Positions 1 through 14,289 of a stretch of DNA of 64,000 nt are shown piece after piece. A program made the translations under genes and the position numbers. Every line of letters starts with the position of its first letter. Position 1 is the first letter of the stretch. Source of the stretch: Eledone cirrhosa (Eukaryota); NCBI GenBank assembly GCA_964016885.1, contig OZ024741.1:268956001-269020000 (forward strand), read 5' to 3'. Below the pieces are notes generated by a model. It was not told where the DNA came from, made no database searches, and worked only from the letters and a program-made list of their open reading frames with translations.

Positions 1-125
1 TCATCATCATTTTACGTCCGCTTTTCCCTGCTTGCAAGGGTATATATACATATATTTATATACATACATATATATATATACATATGTATACATACATTCG
101 TATATATACATACATTCATATATAT

Positions 126-159
<34 letters not shown>

Positions 160-324
160 TTAACCCATGCTAGCGTGGAAGATGGACGTTAAACGAAGAT
201 GATGATATATATATATATACATATACATACACACATATATATATACATATATATATATATATACATATATATATTCACACATATATATATATAAATATAT
301 ATATTCACACATATATATATATAA

Positions 325-970
<646 letters not shown>

Positions 971-994
971 TATATGTTTATATATATATATATA

Positions 995-1957
995 ATAAAG
1001 TATTTACGTATCGAGAGATAGAAAAAAGGAAGGATAGGTGATACATGTAGTTATTTGCCAAATAGCGTATGCAAAAGGTGCTCAATACTAGTGCCGGCAG
1101 TATTAAATATTAGAAGTGTTAATATTTAGTGGGCGAGAGAGTTAGCAGAGCGTAAGCACGTAGAAAAGTAAGAAATCGGAGAAAAGACCGTTAATACATG
1201 TTTATTTAAAACAGCCCCTGCGTACATTTCGCCCAGTTGGGCTTGTCAAGGGCATAAATAACCAAAAGTGTTCCTTACAATGCTCGGAAAGTGTTTTGGG
1301 GATTAAGTTCACGTAATAATTCATTCTTCGCAAAAAAAGCGTGTTTTGATTTTGCAGTAGGTCAAGGGAGGTAACTCTGGCCAGTGTTAGGGCAGTCTTT
1401 CCCGGACAAATTTTTTATCCGTTACAAGATGTGGTTACAACCTTACCATTGTCGATATGCATAGGGTCAGGTAATCAACGATTATTTTGAGACATATGTT
1501 TTTCCGCACCTGCTCGCCTGGGTCGTTTGAAGCTGGGTCTGGGATGCATGGTTAGTTTCCTGGATCTTTTTTTGCAGTGCCTGCCTGCCGGGGTGTTAAA
1601 GCTTGTTGCAGGGAGACCCGGTTCTTCAAGTCATACGGCCTATCCGTAACTATGGACCTCAACCACCAGTTTGTCAACTTCCTGGACGTGACCCTGGAGT
1701 TCAGTACGGGCCTATACAAGCCATACCATAAGCCTGGAGAGTGCCTTTCTTATATTAATTATGCCTACAACCACCCTAAGCAGACTCTCAACTCCATAGT
1801 CTATAGCATCTCACATAGAATCTCGAGGCTCTCCGCCAATGAGGATATCTTCAACCAAGCGGCAGATTACTACAATAGGGCCCTGATAAGCGCTGGCTTT
1901 AACCGAGGAATTTCCTACATCCCTAACGCTAGCTCCAGAACCCCCCCCCCCCCATAA
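995..1957 (+). mobile_element. Penelope-like retroelement fragment: RT thumb region preceded by a probable inverted pLTR
   Basis: NFLDVTL...YKPYHKP...YINYAYNHP...ISRLS...YYNRAL...AGF is PLE-RT-like; variant hammerhead on the minus strand at 1214-1253 (GCCC-TTGACAA-GCCC/GGGC-GAAA). Confidence 0.7.
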
Positions 1958-2186
1958 GACGAACGTTATAGTAAGCCATACCTATAACCGATCACGCGGC
2001 GACTTCGTAGGAGTCAGATATAATAGTATAGATAATCGCACTAAGGAACACGGCTGCAACGTTAATTACACTGGCGATGGTATAGGTAACTTACCACACA
2101 ATAAAGATCACGACCCCGGTGACAGTGACCTCTGTAGCCTACTCGAATTATTCCCCTACTATAAAATCAACAAAGGCGACTGGTCT

Positions 2187-2475
2187 CTCTATGTAGGTAA
2201 CAGAGCTTAATAGTTATGTAATAAACAACATAAGGCAATTATTCCATTTACCAGTGGTTTCTTAAAAGCAAAAAATTTTGCTTTCAATCATCAGAATGAA
2301 AAAAGAGAGACCAGGATTTTTTCATTCTGATGATTGAAAGCAAAATTTTTTGCTTTTAAGAAACCACTGGTAAATGGAATAATTGCCTTATGTTGTTTAT
2401 TACATAACTATTAAGCTCTGTTACCTACATAGAGCACTCTTTTTTCTTGGATTTTTCCGAGGGAATTACTTCACA
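2187..2475 (+). mobile_element. Fold-back PLE-like element
   Basis: Arms 2187-2304 and 2317-2434, short tail ending at TA; related to 59495-59705. Confidence 0.75.
2320..2379 (+). ncRNA. Type I hammerhead ribozyme motif
   Basis: TTTCATT-CTGATGA-(TTGAAAGCAA/TTGCTTTTAA)-GAAA-CC ACT GG-TA-AATGGAA; predicted cleavage after GUA at 2372; mirrored in the left arm. Confidence 0.75.
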
Positions 2476-2490
2476 TATATATAATATATA

Positions 2491-3200
2491 TAAAGAATGA
2501 ATAATAACAGGTAGACATCATAAAAAGGTAATTTATTCTGTGTGCTTACAAATGTTTCTCCCCCTCTCTCCATTCCCCTCTCTCTCTCTCGCCCTCGGTC
2601 CACTTCCCTCCCTCTACACATCTATGAACCTGCCCTCTGTGGCAATAAATAATTCCAACCTTAACTATCAACGCATCACTAAGGTTGTCGGTTTAAGAGT
2701 AACCAGTATAATAAAACCCCTACCACAACATTTTGATTAAGATATCTGTATTCTACAAACCACTCTCTCCCATTTCTCCAACCCTGCATATCTCTCTCTC
2801 TCTCCCTCCCCCTTCTTTCGCTCTTCCTTTTCTACTCTATCTTCCCCAATAACCTCACTTAAGGGTATTTACATTGTACATTTTAACCATTCTGCTCTGA
2901 TGATACAGTGGTCACAGCATTTGATAATTGAGTTTTGCAAATAGTTATAAATTTGCACATAGCATAACTAGGCTGTAGTACCACCGTGGAAACATTTGTA
3001 AGCACACAGAATAAATTACCTTTTTATGATGTCTACCTGTTATTATTCATTTTTTATCTACACTCCGGAATACAGAAGGATCAGGAACTGAGTTTCTTCA
3101 ACTATTCTTCCATAACTCGTTGAGTAACCTCTTACCGTACGTCAACCATATCCAGTGTAGTAATTAACCATTACTGCATCCAGGATAATCCTATACCTAA
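2491..3200 (+). mobile_element. Fold-back PLE-like element with hammerhead at 2893-3004
   Basis: Arms 2491-2558 and 2989-3056; TGCT-CTGATGA-long stem II-GAAA-CATTTG-TA-AGCA; tail ends in (TA)n. Confidence 0.72.
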
Positions 3201-3211
3201 TATATATATAT

Positions 3212-3255
<44 letters not shown>

Positions 3256-3399
3256 TAACAGATTAAAGTTTAAGCAAAGAATCGCTGCTTTCACCCTTAA
3301 CGGGATCTTCTGAAACTAAAAAAAATCAATCTGTGAACGCAGAAGTAAATATTTTGAAAAACGTTACACACACTATATATATATATATATATATATATA

Positions 3400-4652
3400 G
3401 TTATATAGTAAGGTGCATTATTGGTTGTGTAAAATGGTCCAATAAATTTGTGTTAGCAATATTAAGTTATCCACGCTTTTGTATATCTCCAATTCCATTC
3501 AAGGGAACAGCTAAATGATGTAAAACAGAGTATAAGTATCAAAATGAAAATCTGAAGGCAAAGTAAAATTCCAATCATTTAATCACGACACATGTTTCAA
3601 TAAGAGATAGATCGATTGTGAAGCCACGATCGATTATCACTGATCTCATCAGGTGAAAATGAATTAATTGTCTTCAAATTCTTGATATGAGGGAGAAAAA
3701 TAACGATGTTCTCTCACAGAATTCATTCCCTCATATGAAGACACACCAGTCAGAGACACGGCGACTGCTATTAACTTCAGTTGAGGTCATAAAAGTTGTC
3801 AGATCTCTATTGCTGCAAAAGACGTTGGACATCAATCAAATTTGTAGGGATACAGTCAGTCACAGTTAATGTGAGTGGGTACACACACACTCCACACCCA
3901 CATACACCGGCTCGAGGTCAAAGAAAAATATATACATATATAGACACACATCAACACAGTATTAAACCTGTAGAATTATAGAAGGTCACAGTTAGTGTGG
4001 GTGGGTACACACACACTCTTACACACACCGAAGCGATGTCAGAGAAAAAAAACAAATATAAGAAAACAAATATAAGGATGTACCAACACAGCATTCACCG
4101 AAAGTTAGTTCACAAAACAACAGATACTACATTGGTCAAATCTCAATTTGACGATGTAAATTGGAAATATTGGGTTAACCAACACCCCATACACACACAC
4201 ACAAGCAAGTAAGTTCAGTTCAGTGTTCTGTTATACGTGTATACATTGAATTGTAACATCCATATCTTCAAGTGTATGTTATGGTATATACACATCCGAA
4301 TCGTCCAAAAAAGGGTATGTCTGGGTATATATACATCCATGTGAAGAGCAAGCAATCAGCTCATATCGAACTCAGTATGTACTGCTGTCCCGTTGAGAAT
4401 CCGAGTCACCAAATCCGTGTGTGCAAGCAACCGAAATCTGACAGGTGTGTCTTCATATGAGGGAATGAATTCTGTGAGAGAACATCGTTATTTTTTCTCC
4501 CTCATATCAAGAATTTGAAGACAATTCATTTTCACCTGATGAGATCAGTGATAATCGATCATGGCTTCACAATCGATCTATCTCTTATTGAAACATGTGT
4601 CATGATTAAATGATTGGAATTTTACCTTGCCTTCGGATTTTCATTTTGATAT
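3400..4652 (-). mobile_element. Fold-back PLE-like element with a hammerhead in each arm
   Basis: Arms 3536-3745 and 4445-4652; TCAC-CTGATGA(4536)...GAAA(4590)-CATGTG-TC-(G/A)TGA; (TA)n on both sides; orientation inferred from tail position. Confidence 0.72.
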
Positions 4653-4655
4653 ATA

Positions 4656-4708
<53 letters not shown>

Positions 4709-4799
4709 TATATACACACACATACATATAGCGTCATAATGTCGTAATGCAGACAGTCAGACAGCCAGACAGATATTATAAGGGCGCAACATTATATCT

Positions 4800-5010
4800 A
4801 TGTATCTATCTAAAAAGAAAGACTAAGAATTATAGAGAGAGATCGCTAAATCGCCTAATGCGGTCCCTAGGGCATTGAAAATTTGAATTTGTTTTTGCTC
4901 AAAACATTCACAGGACCATAAGTATTACATGTGTAAAGTTTGAAAACAATCGGTTGGGTGGTTCTCGAGTTTTAGGGAGACAGACATTCTCTGTTTTAGA
5001 TATATAGATT
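4800..5010 (+). mobile_element. Helentron/HINE-like non-autonomous fragment
   Basis: Ends ...gacagacattctctgttttagatatatagatt; shares ccctagg and aatcgg blocks with 26280-26745. Confidence 0.45.
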
Positions 5011-5027
5011 ATTATTATTATATATAT

Positions 5028-5218
5028 GGTGGATTGGCAGTATTGGTAGAGGCTCGGACGCCATGCTTTGACGCATAGAGTTACGGCCCTTGCCATTCTG
5101 AGTTCAAATCCCGCCGAGGTTAACTTTGCCTTTCATCCTTACGGGGTCGATAAAATAAAGTACCAGTAATACACTGGGTAATTGCTGGCCTTGTGCCTAA
5201 CGTAGAAACAATTATTAT
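5028..5218 (+). mobile_element. tRNA-derived SINE, family A. Other copies: 24486-24630 +, 26806-26990 +, 38973-39100 +, 23140-23330 -, 30272-30480 -, 33675-33830 -, 39746-39825 -, 50160-50355 -
   Basis: A-box TGGCAGTATTGG, B-box GAGTTCAAATCC, shared core GCCTTTCATCCTTACGGGGTCGATAAAATAAAGTACCAG, (ATT)n tail; about 9 copies in the window. Confidence 0.85.
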
Positions 5219-6511
5219 ATATACACATGTATATAGATAGAGGGAGAGATATATAGACAACTCTGTAGACAGAGAAAGCTCATATTTTGGAACGAATGAA
5301 AGTAACTTTTTCGTCTTACTTTTCACTATGTCCCATGAATTCTATATAAAACCATTTTAGAACGTTTTTGACAGATCACAGTGTTTGAGTATGACAGACA
5401 GACAGACAAAGGTTGTTCAGTTACTATAATTATAGAGTTCAAGCCTGGTAAAACAGATGTTAATATGTCCTCCTTGTATAGAAGGAACATCAGGTGTCTG
5501 CAATGGGGTCCCGGTTTGTACATACTCGTTTTACCTTTTATATGTGTTTTTAGTCAAAAAGACTCTCTTTGCCCTACTTTGCCACTTTTGTCATCTTTTT
5601 TTTGTATTGTTACAATGCTGTGTGTGTTGGAGGGAATGATACTAACTTTAAAGCACTAAAGCCATAAGGATATCCACTAGTTAGGTGATGAGAAAAAGAT
5701 ATGTCTATATGGTTCCGTTGTTTGTATGCTTAGATTTTGAATTTATATATGTATGCATGCATGTATGTATGTATGTATGTATGTATGTATGTATGTATGT
5801 ATGCATGTATGCATGTATGTATGTATGTATGTATGTATGCATGCATGCATGCATGTATGTATGTATGTGTATGTGTGTGTGTGTATATGTATGTATATAT
5901 GTATGTATGTATATATGTATATGTGTGTGTATATGTATGTATATGCGTGTGTTTGTGTGTGTGTATATATATATACATACACACAAACACATACATATAT
6001 ATATGTATGTATATACATGCATATACACATATACATATAGAAATTGTTATAGAAATAGTGAGCTCGCAGCTTGATTTTAGATATGTTTACATAAAATTAT
6101 ATAAATTATATATTGATATTTTGTGTTTGATATTTATTTTTTCATACATGCTGCTAGTCCTCCATAGGTCGATGGGAAATCCAAAAAGTAAGTTTCTGAT
6201 ACTTGTGTTGGTGTTTATATTGTTGGTAGTGATGTCCACACACATGGACACATGGACACACATACATGGACAGGGACACACACATACACACACACACTGT
6301 TCATAGTAAGGCCCACACACATGGACACACACACATGAACTCATTCATACACACATACACCATCCGTAGTGAGGCCTACACACATGAACACATACACTTG
6401 CATACACATACACACGCACACACATACACTGTTTGTAGTGTGGCCTACACACATAAACATATGCATACACATACACACACTTTGTTCGTAGTGAGGCTCA
6501 CACACACGGAG

Positions 6512-6542
<31 letters not shown>

Positions 6543-6764
6543 TTGTTGGTTGTGAGGTTCACATACCTGACCTGAGCACACACACACACACACGCGCACA
6601 CACATATTGTTGGTTGTGAATTCCACATACCTGTTCTGAACACATGCACACACACACATTGTTGTTAGTGAGGTCCACACAGATGGATGCACACACACAC
6701 ACACACGCATACATGTGATATATTATATTGTAAAGCCCCAAATATTCAGCTGTTGACATTAAAT

Positions 6765-6933
6765 CAGGGGTCAGCAACAGGTGGGCCTCTGAGGGGTTCC
6801 CTCTGAATCACAAGCCTCAGATGTTATGGAATTTGTATATGTAATATATGATATAATGTATATTTGAGTGATGAGAAACTTAAAAAAAAAGAATTAAAAG
6901 TTGACAATTACGAAAGGAAGTTGCTGATCCCTG
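6765..6933. mobile_element. hAT (Charlie-like) MITE
   Basis: TIRs CAGGGGTCAGCAAC / GTTGCTGATCCCTG; imperfect 8-bp TSD cattaaat/gattacat. Confidence 0.65.
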
Positions 6934-7179
6934 GATTACATAAAGATAAAGAACATGGATAATGACTGGTATAGACTATTGCTAAGAGTAACCCATGATA
7001 ACATGGAAAAACAGACATATGGTGGTGGTGGTGGTGGTGGTGGTGGTGGCTGTAGTGGTGGCAATTGTTGTTGTGGTGGTGGTGGTGGTGGTGGTTCTAA
7101 CAATGCCAATAATGACCAATGACACATGTCATGTTTAATATAACATTGTTGTGTGTATGTTTGTGTTTGTGCTGGCATA

Positions 7180-7212
<33 letters not shown>

Positions 7213-7325
7213 GATAGTGTGTGTGTGTGTGTGGTTGGGTTTGGTGGTTATTTCTTCATGATAACCAATCAATCAATCAAGTTCCTGCTACTGGTGCAAC
7301 CAATCGATGGGGTGTCACTTTAGAT

Positions 7326-7616
7326 CAGCGTTTCTCAACCTTTTTACCCTTGTGTAACCCTTAAAATAGTTTTCATGTCTACCTCAAGGGCAGAGGTAGA
7401 CCGAGAAAGAACTGGGCAGAGGTGGTGAAAGCTGATCTCAAATTGCTGACTCACAGGGGAGATGATGAAGAAATTCAGCGGGTGGAGTGATACTGTGCTG
7501 TAAAGGACCCATCCAACCCATGCAAGCATGGAAAAAAATGGATGTAAAAATGATGATGAGGATGTCTCAGGGAACCCCTGCATAAAAATGATTACATACT
7601 ATTATTAATATCTATT

Positions 7617-7661
<45 letters not shown>

Positions 7662-7799
7662 TAGAAACACAACAGTTAGTTCACCATACCGAGAACAATT
7701 GTTCTCAGTAATGTGAACTAACTGTTGTGTTACTACTTCTACCTAACTTGTCCCATGGACTGAGTGCTCTACCACTACGGATATTACCTTCCAGTGTTC

Positions 7800-7884
<85 letters not shown>

Positions 7885-8060
7885 TTATATATTGTAGTTC
7901 TCATGGTAAACAATATTTTGAATAACTGAAATTACAAATATAAAATTAAACAAAAATTGCTCGAATATGGATTAGTTTATTTATCACTGTTTCTCACAGA
8001 ACTCCTAGCGACCTCTTGTGGAACCCTTGGGTTCTGGGAAACATTGGTTGAGAAATGCTG
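7326..8060. mobile_element. hAT MITE with nested insertions
   Basis: TIRs CAGCGTTTCTCAACC / GGTTGAGAAATGCTG; 8-bp TSD ctttagat/ctctagat. Confidence 0.75.
7659..7803 (+). mobile_element. Minimal fold-back element next to (TA)n
   Basis: About 80-bp hairpin at 7660-7738 plus tail containing GAGTGCTCT; no intact hammerhead core. Confidence 0.55.
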
Positions 8061-10115
8061 CTCTAGATATTTGACTGTGTCCATCTTAGCATTTCACTGG
8101 GAACTTAGAAATGCCTGGCAGTGCCCATATCTTTTGCTATCCGAATCTTATGTAAACTTATAAACTCTTGTAACACTATAACTTAGCCATAAGAACTTTG
8201 GGACATTAGATCGCATGTTGACATTAGATAACGTCTCATCAAGGATAGACTCGATTGATTTGACCACTATATCACTGGTACCTATTTTGGTAGCCCTTAC
8301 AGATTGAAAACTAATTGAATATTTTAGAGGGATTAATATAATAATATAGAATAGTAAACTGTAAATGGAAACAGGCAGATGTTCTATGGTGCCTTCAATG
8401 TCACTCTGAGAGTGTGTATGTGTGCACACATGCACACAGACACACATTCATACAGACACATGCCTATCAGCATATACACCAACACATACACACACACATT
8501 TAACAGTCATTAAGATAAAAATAACAGTGGTAGCTATGGAGGTTGGGATGTTAATATTCCTCTGGGACTCTTTCCCAGTGTAAACCTGTTAAGTCTCCAA
8601 CTCCATCTGTACTTACTGTACTCTTCTATCTATCAGCCACTTCAATACTACCATGATATGCTGAGTAACAAGTAACTTGAGATGATATTTGATCTGTCCA
8701 TTCCCAACCCCCAACAGCTAGCACCTGTTATCATAATATATCTCTCACAATCACTTTGTGTAACAATGGATGGCTTATACAGTACCCCCACCCTCACCAT
8801 CACCTAATGCTAAGCAGTATTCTCTCTTACTTCCCCAATAGATTCCTAACTAACATTTACTGCTCTGACTTATCATTGCCCATCTATTTCTATTACTATC
8901 CATCAATCACACTCATATCCAATACCAATACTCCCTTCTGCCACTAACCATTAGGCACCCCCTCCCCCCAGGATATTCTTAGCTAACATCTACCACTTTC
9001 ATTTCACACTTTTCTGTTGCTCATCTACCACACATTCTTTCTTGGTCTCTTTCCATCCTCATTGCCAAGGGTGTGGATCATAGTCAGATGCAGCAATGAT
9101 CATCTCTAGGATGCTATATATCCATGATTCTCATTGGCAGAAAAGTGACATTGTTAGGACCTGACTTATTGTCTGACCATTACTTGGAAGCTGGCTCTCA
9201 AGCCATGACTCATCTGCCTTCATCACAAGGATGAAGCTGTTAACCACTTGAAAAGTGGCCACCAATATGATTAAAGAGATCCATCTACCCCAGTTTTGAA
9301 ATCAGAGAGATCCTTTTCCGAGGTTAATGAGCCCCCCCCCCCCACTCTCTTCTTTTTACACATTATTAGATGGCTGTTGACTCACCTGAGTTCCTTGTTC
9401 ATTCTACAGGTTCTCCAAAGATCTTCCTCCTCACCAATCAAGCAAGCTTGGTGGGGTTGCTAGTTTAGTCACCAACAGTCTGACCATATAATGGTTTGTA
9501 CTGGGTTGTATGTTACCAGTAGAGCATGAGAGCGACCTCACATCTACACTTTCCACCTCGACACATCTTTATTGCTAGCCACTTGTGTTGCTCTTTTACT
9601 TAACATCATGCCCACTGCCAACAACCAACATTTAGTGGTCACTGTGGCTTTTTAATGGGCTTTCTCCACCAATGTCCCTCAGAAGTCTCCCCCCTATTGG
9701 GGATTTTTTTCATTGTTCTATTATTACATCCTCTGTTTCTTTTGTTTTACACGCAGAAATGCCCATTTGTACCGCCCTGTATTGTCCTGAATGTCTACTT
9801 TATGTAAACCCTTGTGGTTAATAAAGAAATCATTATCATTCTACACCCCTACCATCCTATCACTTTGTTTTTGCCTGTCTCCGTCCATCTGACACGCATC
9901 CATATTACTGAGCACTGTACACAATAATTTCATTATTATTATTATTATCATTCCTATCACAACTTGCTCATTACTTCCCTTCTCTCCTAATCACACTGTT
10001 GGTCACATTTGCCTTCACAAAACCTTAGACTATGTAGAATATAGAGAATTCTTTAGTTTTGTTGATGACAAGGCAACCTCTCTAGAGTTGGTGGCATGAT
10101 AACTGCTGATAAATA

Positions 10116-11020
10116 CGAGGTGGGTCAGAAAAGTTCCATGACTGATGTCACAAAAGATTTATTTCAAACCCAAACTTCACACTAAGAGTTTTCTCCTTCA
10201 AAGTAATCTCCTTGGAGTCTAATGCACTTTGCCATCCTTTTCTGCCACGCTTGCATGCACTCCTGGAAGGATCCTTCCGGGATCCTCTGCAGTTCCATCG
10301 TCACAGTCTTTTTGATGTCGTCCACGTCTTCAAAACGGGTCCCCTCTGGGTCGTACTCGAAGATCCATGACTCATCGCCGGTGATGACTGTCCCTAGCAA
10401 GTCTGGTTTGGTTTCAAGACGCTTGAGGATGTCCTGGCACACTTGCATGCATCGACCCTTCTGCTCATCATTCGGCAGTTTTGGCACCATCTTCGCACAG
10501 ACTTTTCGCATGTCCAAATCTTCAGTGAGAATCTTCCGGAGGCTGTCCCAATTCATACCCAGCTCATTTGCCATCAGTTGAACAGTCAGCTGACGATCAC
10601 TACGCACCATCTGCCTGACGCGCTCAACGTTGACCTCAGTCCTGGTTGTTGAGGGCCTTCCGCTCCTGGGGTCATCTTCCATGTCCTCGCGTCCTTCTTT
10701 AAACCTCTTGCACCACTCAAAAACACATGAGTTTGACATCGTCTCAGCTCCATACACTTGCTGCAGCAATCTCAGTACTTCTGACGGAGTTTTCAAGTTT
10801 GTTCGTTGCTCTTGCTCATTGCTTGACGACCTGAAACAGAGGACATGTATATAAAATTATGCTGAAATTATGAAGAAAAAAGTTTGATCGCTGCAGAGAG
10901 CTAAGATTACAGTTACATACTCCAGGGGATTACTTTGAAGGAGAAAACTCTTAGTGTGAAGTTTGGGTTTGAAATAAATCTTTTGTAACATCAGTCCTGG
11001 AACTTTTCTGACCTAACTCG
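10116..11020 (-). mobile_element. Mariner (Tc1/mariner) element, internally deleted, with about 100-bp TIRs
   Basis: TA TSDs at 10114-10115 and 11021-11022; TIRs 10116-10218 and 10919-11020; ORF with HTH, PRSGRP, CAKMVPK and VITGDESWIFEYDPE. Confidence 0.92.
10182..10796 (-). pseudogene. Mariner transposase with in-frame deletion of most of the catalytic domain
   Basis: WIFEYDPE is joined directly to C-terminal GTRFEDVDDIK...GDYFEG; the second and third catalytic Asp regions are missing. Confidence 0.85.
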
Positions 11021-11247
11021 TACACCCTATATACATTCTGTAAAGTGGTTGGTGTTAGGAAAGGCATCCAATTGTAGACATGTCAGAAAGGGAATGTGTA
11101 TGTCGGACATAGTTCTCCAACTCATCTAGAAAAGTATTAACTCTGAATATAATTTCACTTGAGCCATGATGTCTATCCAATCCATGCCAGCATGGGAAAC
11201 ACACACAAAATTGTTGGTGATGATGAAGGTGTGTGTGTGTATGTGTA

Positions 11248-11418
11248 TTATAAAGAGTCGGGAGCTGATGGCTGAGCTCTTGCCATTTTAACTTTGAAAT
11301 AACAAGAGCTTAGCAATCGGGTCCCAACTCTTTATAATATAGCCATATTCTACTACCCCAAGTCTCGAGTACTCTGATGAGCAATGATCTAACTAGTTTT
11401 AAACTGGTTCTATCCTGA
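11248..11418 (+). mobile_element. Short fold-back element with GAGTACTCT tail
   Basis: Arms 11248-11282 and 11303-11339; tail similar to the 63115-63170 family; ends at TA. Confidence 0.55.
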
Positions 11419-11736
11419 TATATATATATGTGTGTGTGTGTTGATTTCATTTTTGCTCTTAACATCTGATGGAGTTGTAGGAGTGCTGTTGTCGTAGGCA
11501 TTTTAAACTTGGTGGAGCCTCTCCAGGTCTGAACACACGAAAGAGAGAGGGAGTAGGGGAGGTGACAGTGCAAAACAGATAAATAGGAAGAATTGATCCC
11601 AGTTTCGGACTGGTATTTTATTTATTGACCTCAAAAGATGAAATACTAAATGTAGAACACGACATCGGCAACTGGGCACATATTAGCATTGAGTGCTCAA
11701 ACTGGAGAACTAATAGTAACTAAACATTTCAAACCA

Positions 11737-11774
<38 letters not shown>

Positions 11775-12414
11775 TATGTAGGTATATATGATATATCCCA
11801 ATTTTTTAAAATTTGATCCCTTCTGGACTGTCTTTAGGGTCTTGGGATATGCAACCTTTGTGTGTCCACCCCACGCCTCCCAGGACAAGTCATTGCCAGT
11901 TCTTGTGGTGTTCAATTGAGACTGCAATATATTTCTCAAACAGGCCCCTCTACCTAAAGCCTGATCATGTCCCTTGTTACCCATGCAAAGGACACTAAAA
12001 AATGAATGCTTTTATTGAATCTTATATTGCAGTGTTTTTTTTTTGTTTTATTCATGCCTGTCACCAAAGACTAGGCTTTTTATAGGCAGCCATGCTCACC
12101 TCATCAGAGCAACATCCTTAGGTTGTGAGAATTTTTTTGGGAGCTAACAGTGTCACCCATTGCTCCATCTCCCCTAGTAGTTTATCGTTGTTGGTTCATG
12201 GTTACTTACTCATCCGGCTGGAGCCTGCTTATATTGCAACTACCCATTGTATCTGGTGGCCGTATTGCTATTATCGCCCACATGTGACATACATGTTCCT
12301 TGTAGTCGAGGAAGCCAGATGCTACTGGCTAAATATAGTTAGGGTTTTCTCAACAAAGTTCTGTGGCTCTGGTAATGTAGATATGGATGCAGGATGGAAA
12401 TTCAGATGTAGTGC

Positions 12415-13480
12415 CAGAAATGACTGCACAGACAGGATTGGGGATACTCAATGTGTTATGAACTGCAGGAGAAGTTCTTGGCTAAAAGCAAGCCACTCTA
12501 CTTAGCCTTAGTGGACCTAGGGAAAGCTTTTTATAGAGTCTCTCGACCCATAATCTGGTGGGTTCTCAGAAAACAAGGGCAAGATGAGTGGCTTGTGAGA
12601 GCAGTACAAACCATATACAGGGGGAGTCAATAGCAGATGTGGGGTGAGGGGTCCACCAGTGTTCTTAGACCCCTCCTCTTCATTATTGTCCTATATGCTC
12701 TAACAGAGGAATTTAAGAGTGGTTACCCATGGGGACTTCTATATACCGACTCTCTTAGCCAATTCTATGACAGAATTAGAGAAGAAATTCCAGACATGGA
12801 GGCACAACTTGGAAATAAAAAGCTTTAAAGTCTACCTGGCAAAGACCAAAATAGAAAATAGGGCTTTGCTCCTCTCAAGAAAATAATGGCTCTGCTCGGT
12901 ATACAGGAAAAGAATAAGTAGAAACTCAATCTGGTGTCCCAAATGCAAACTGTGGGTACACAAGGCGTAGTGGGAAAACAGGTCAGCTAGCAAAAGACAC
13001 AGACTTCATATGTGGACACTGCACAGGAGAAGTGCAAGCTCCTTTAAATGCACAGAGGATCCCATAGAAATAGTTGATAGCTTCTGCTACCTAGGTAACA
13101 AAATCTGCAGCAGAGCTGGATGTGAGAGTAGTAACTGGATGGAAAAAGTTCAGAGAGCTACTGCTATTGCTAGCTACAAAAGGCAAGCTGTACGATGCTT
13201 GTGTCTGCACAGCAATGCTACATGGAAGCAAAACATGGGCACTGCATGCCGGCATCTACAGAGATTGAAAAGAAAGGAAGAAGAGGGATCAAATGCTGTT
13301 TGCAGGAGAGACGACTGCAGAGGTGTGGACATGTGATGCACTTGAAGGATGGCAGCTGTATAAAAAGATGCAGGGCACTAAAGGTTGTAGGATGCCTTGA
13401 TAGAGGACCCAGGAAGATGTGAGATGAAATGATAAAGGCTGACTTGGCTCAGCTGATTCTCCCAATAGAGATGACACAGG
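12415..13480 (+). mobile_element. Decayed RTE-clade LINE (RT and C-terminus)
   Basis: QEKFLAKSKPLYLALVDLGKAFYRVSR, VLRPLLFIIV, EIVDSFCYLG, ERRLQRCGHV; many frameshifts. Confidence 0.8.
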
Positions 13481-13519
13481 ACCAAGACACCTGGTGCTGC
13501 AATGTACAACAAAAGACCC

Positions 13520-14190
13520 ATGTTGACAACCCAGCTCTGGACACTGCTCATAATGGTGCTACCCAGTTCTATACTATAAACATGGATGATGGTAGGACCA
13601 CTCAGTAACATGGCTGCTTTATGAGTAAGGCTTGGGGTGGCCAACTGGCCCAACCTTCCTCATAGTGGGACCACCTACATTCCAAATTATGGTTCCAATG
13701 TGAGCAAGGTACGGTGCGGTCAACTGACTAGACTCTCTTCATAACACTGCCACTCAGGTTTCCACTATGAGTAAGGTTTGGTGCGACCAACTAGCCAGAC
13801 CTCCCTCATAATGGGACCACCCAGCTCCCAAAACACAGTAACAGTCCCAATAGTGTGCAAGGTACAGCATGGCCATCTGGCTAGGCTTGGCTCATATCAG
13901 GACCATCCAATAACATACCTCCACTATGACTAAAGCTTGGTATGGCCAACTGGCCAGAGTTCCATCATAGTGGGACCACCCAGCTCCCAAACTATGGTTT
14001 AATTGTGAGCAGGGTACGGGGCAGCCAACTGGCCTGTCCTTCTTCATAATGGTACCACTCAGTTCCACATTGTAAACATGGATGGTGATAGGAAGGGCAT
14101 CCAGCTGTAAAAATCCTAGCCAAATTTACAGTTCCATCGGAGTAAGGTACAGCGTGGCCAACTGGGCAGACTTGTCTCATGACATGGACA
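13520..14190. repeat. Degenerate tandem repeat with a unit of about 70-80 bp
   Basis: Recurring aaggtttggtgtggccaactggccagac...cataatgggaccacc blocks. Confidence 0.6.
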
Positions 14191-14289
14191 ACTCATCTAA
14201 CCCATTCAAGCTTGGAAAATGGATGTTAAATGGTGGTGGTGATGATAATGATGATATATATATAGTTAGCAGGGAAAATGAATATCAGA

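Noticed and set aside
6936-7178. Poly-proline ORF as a possible ER N-terminal exon
   Set aside because: It is a (GGT)n microsatellite on the wrong strand with no splice support.
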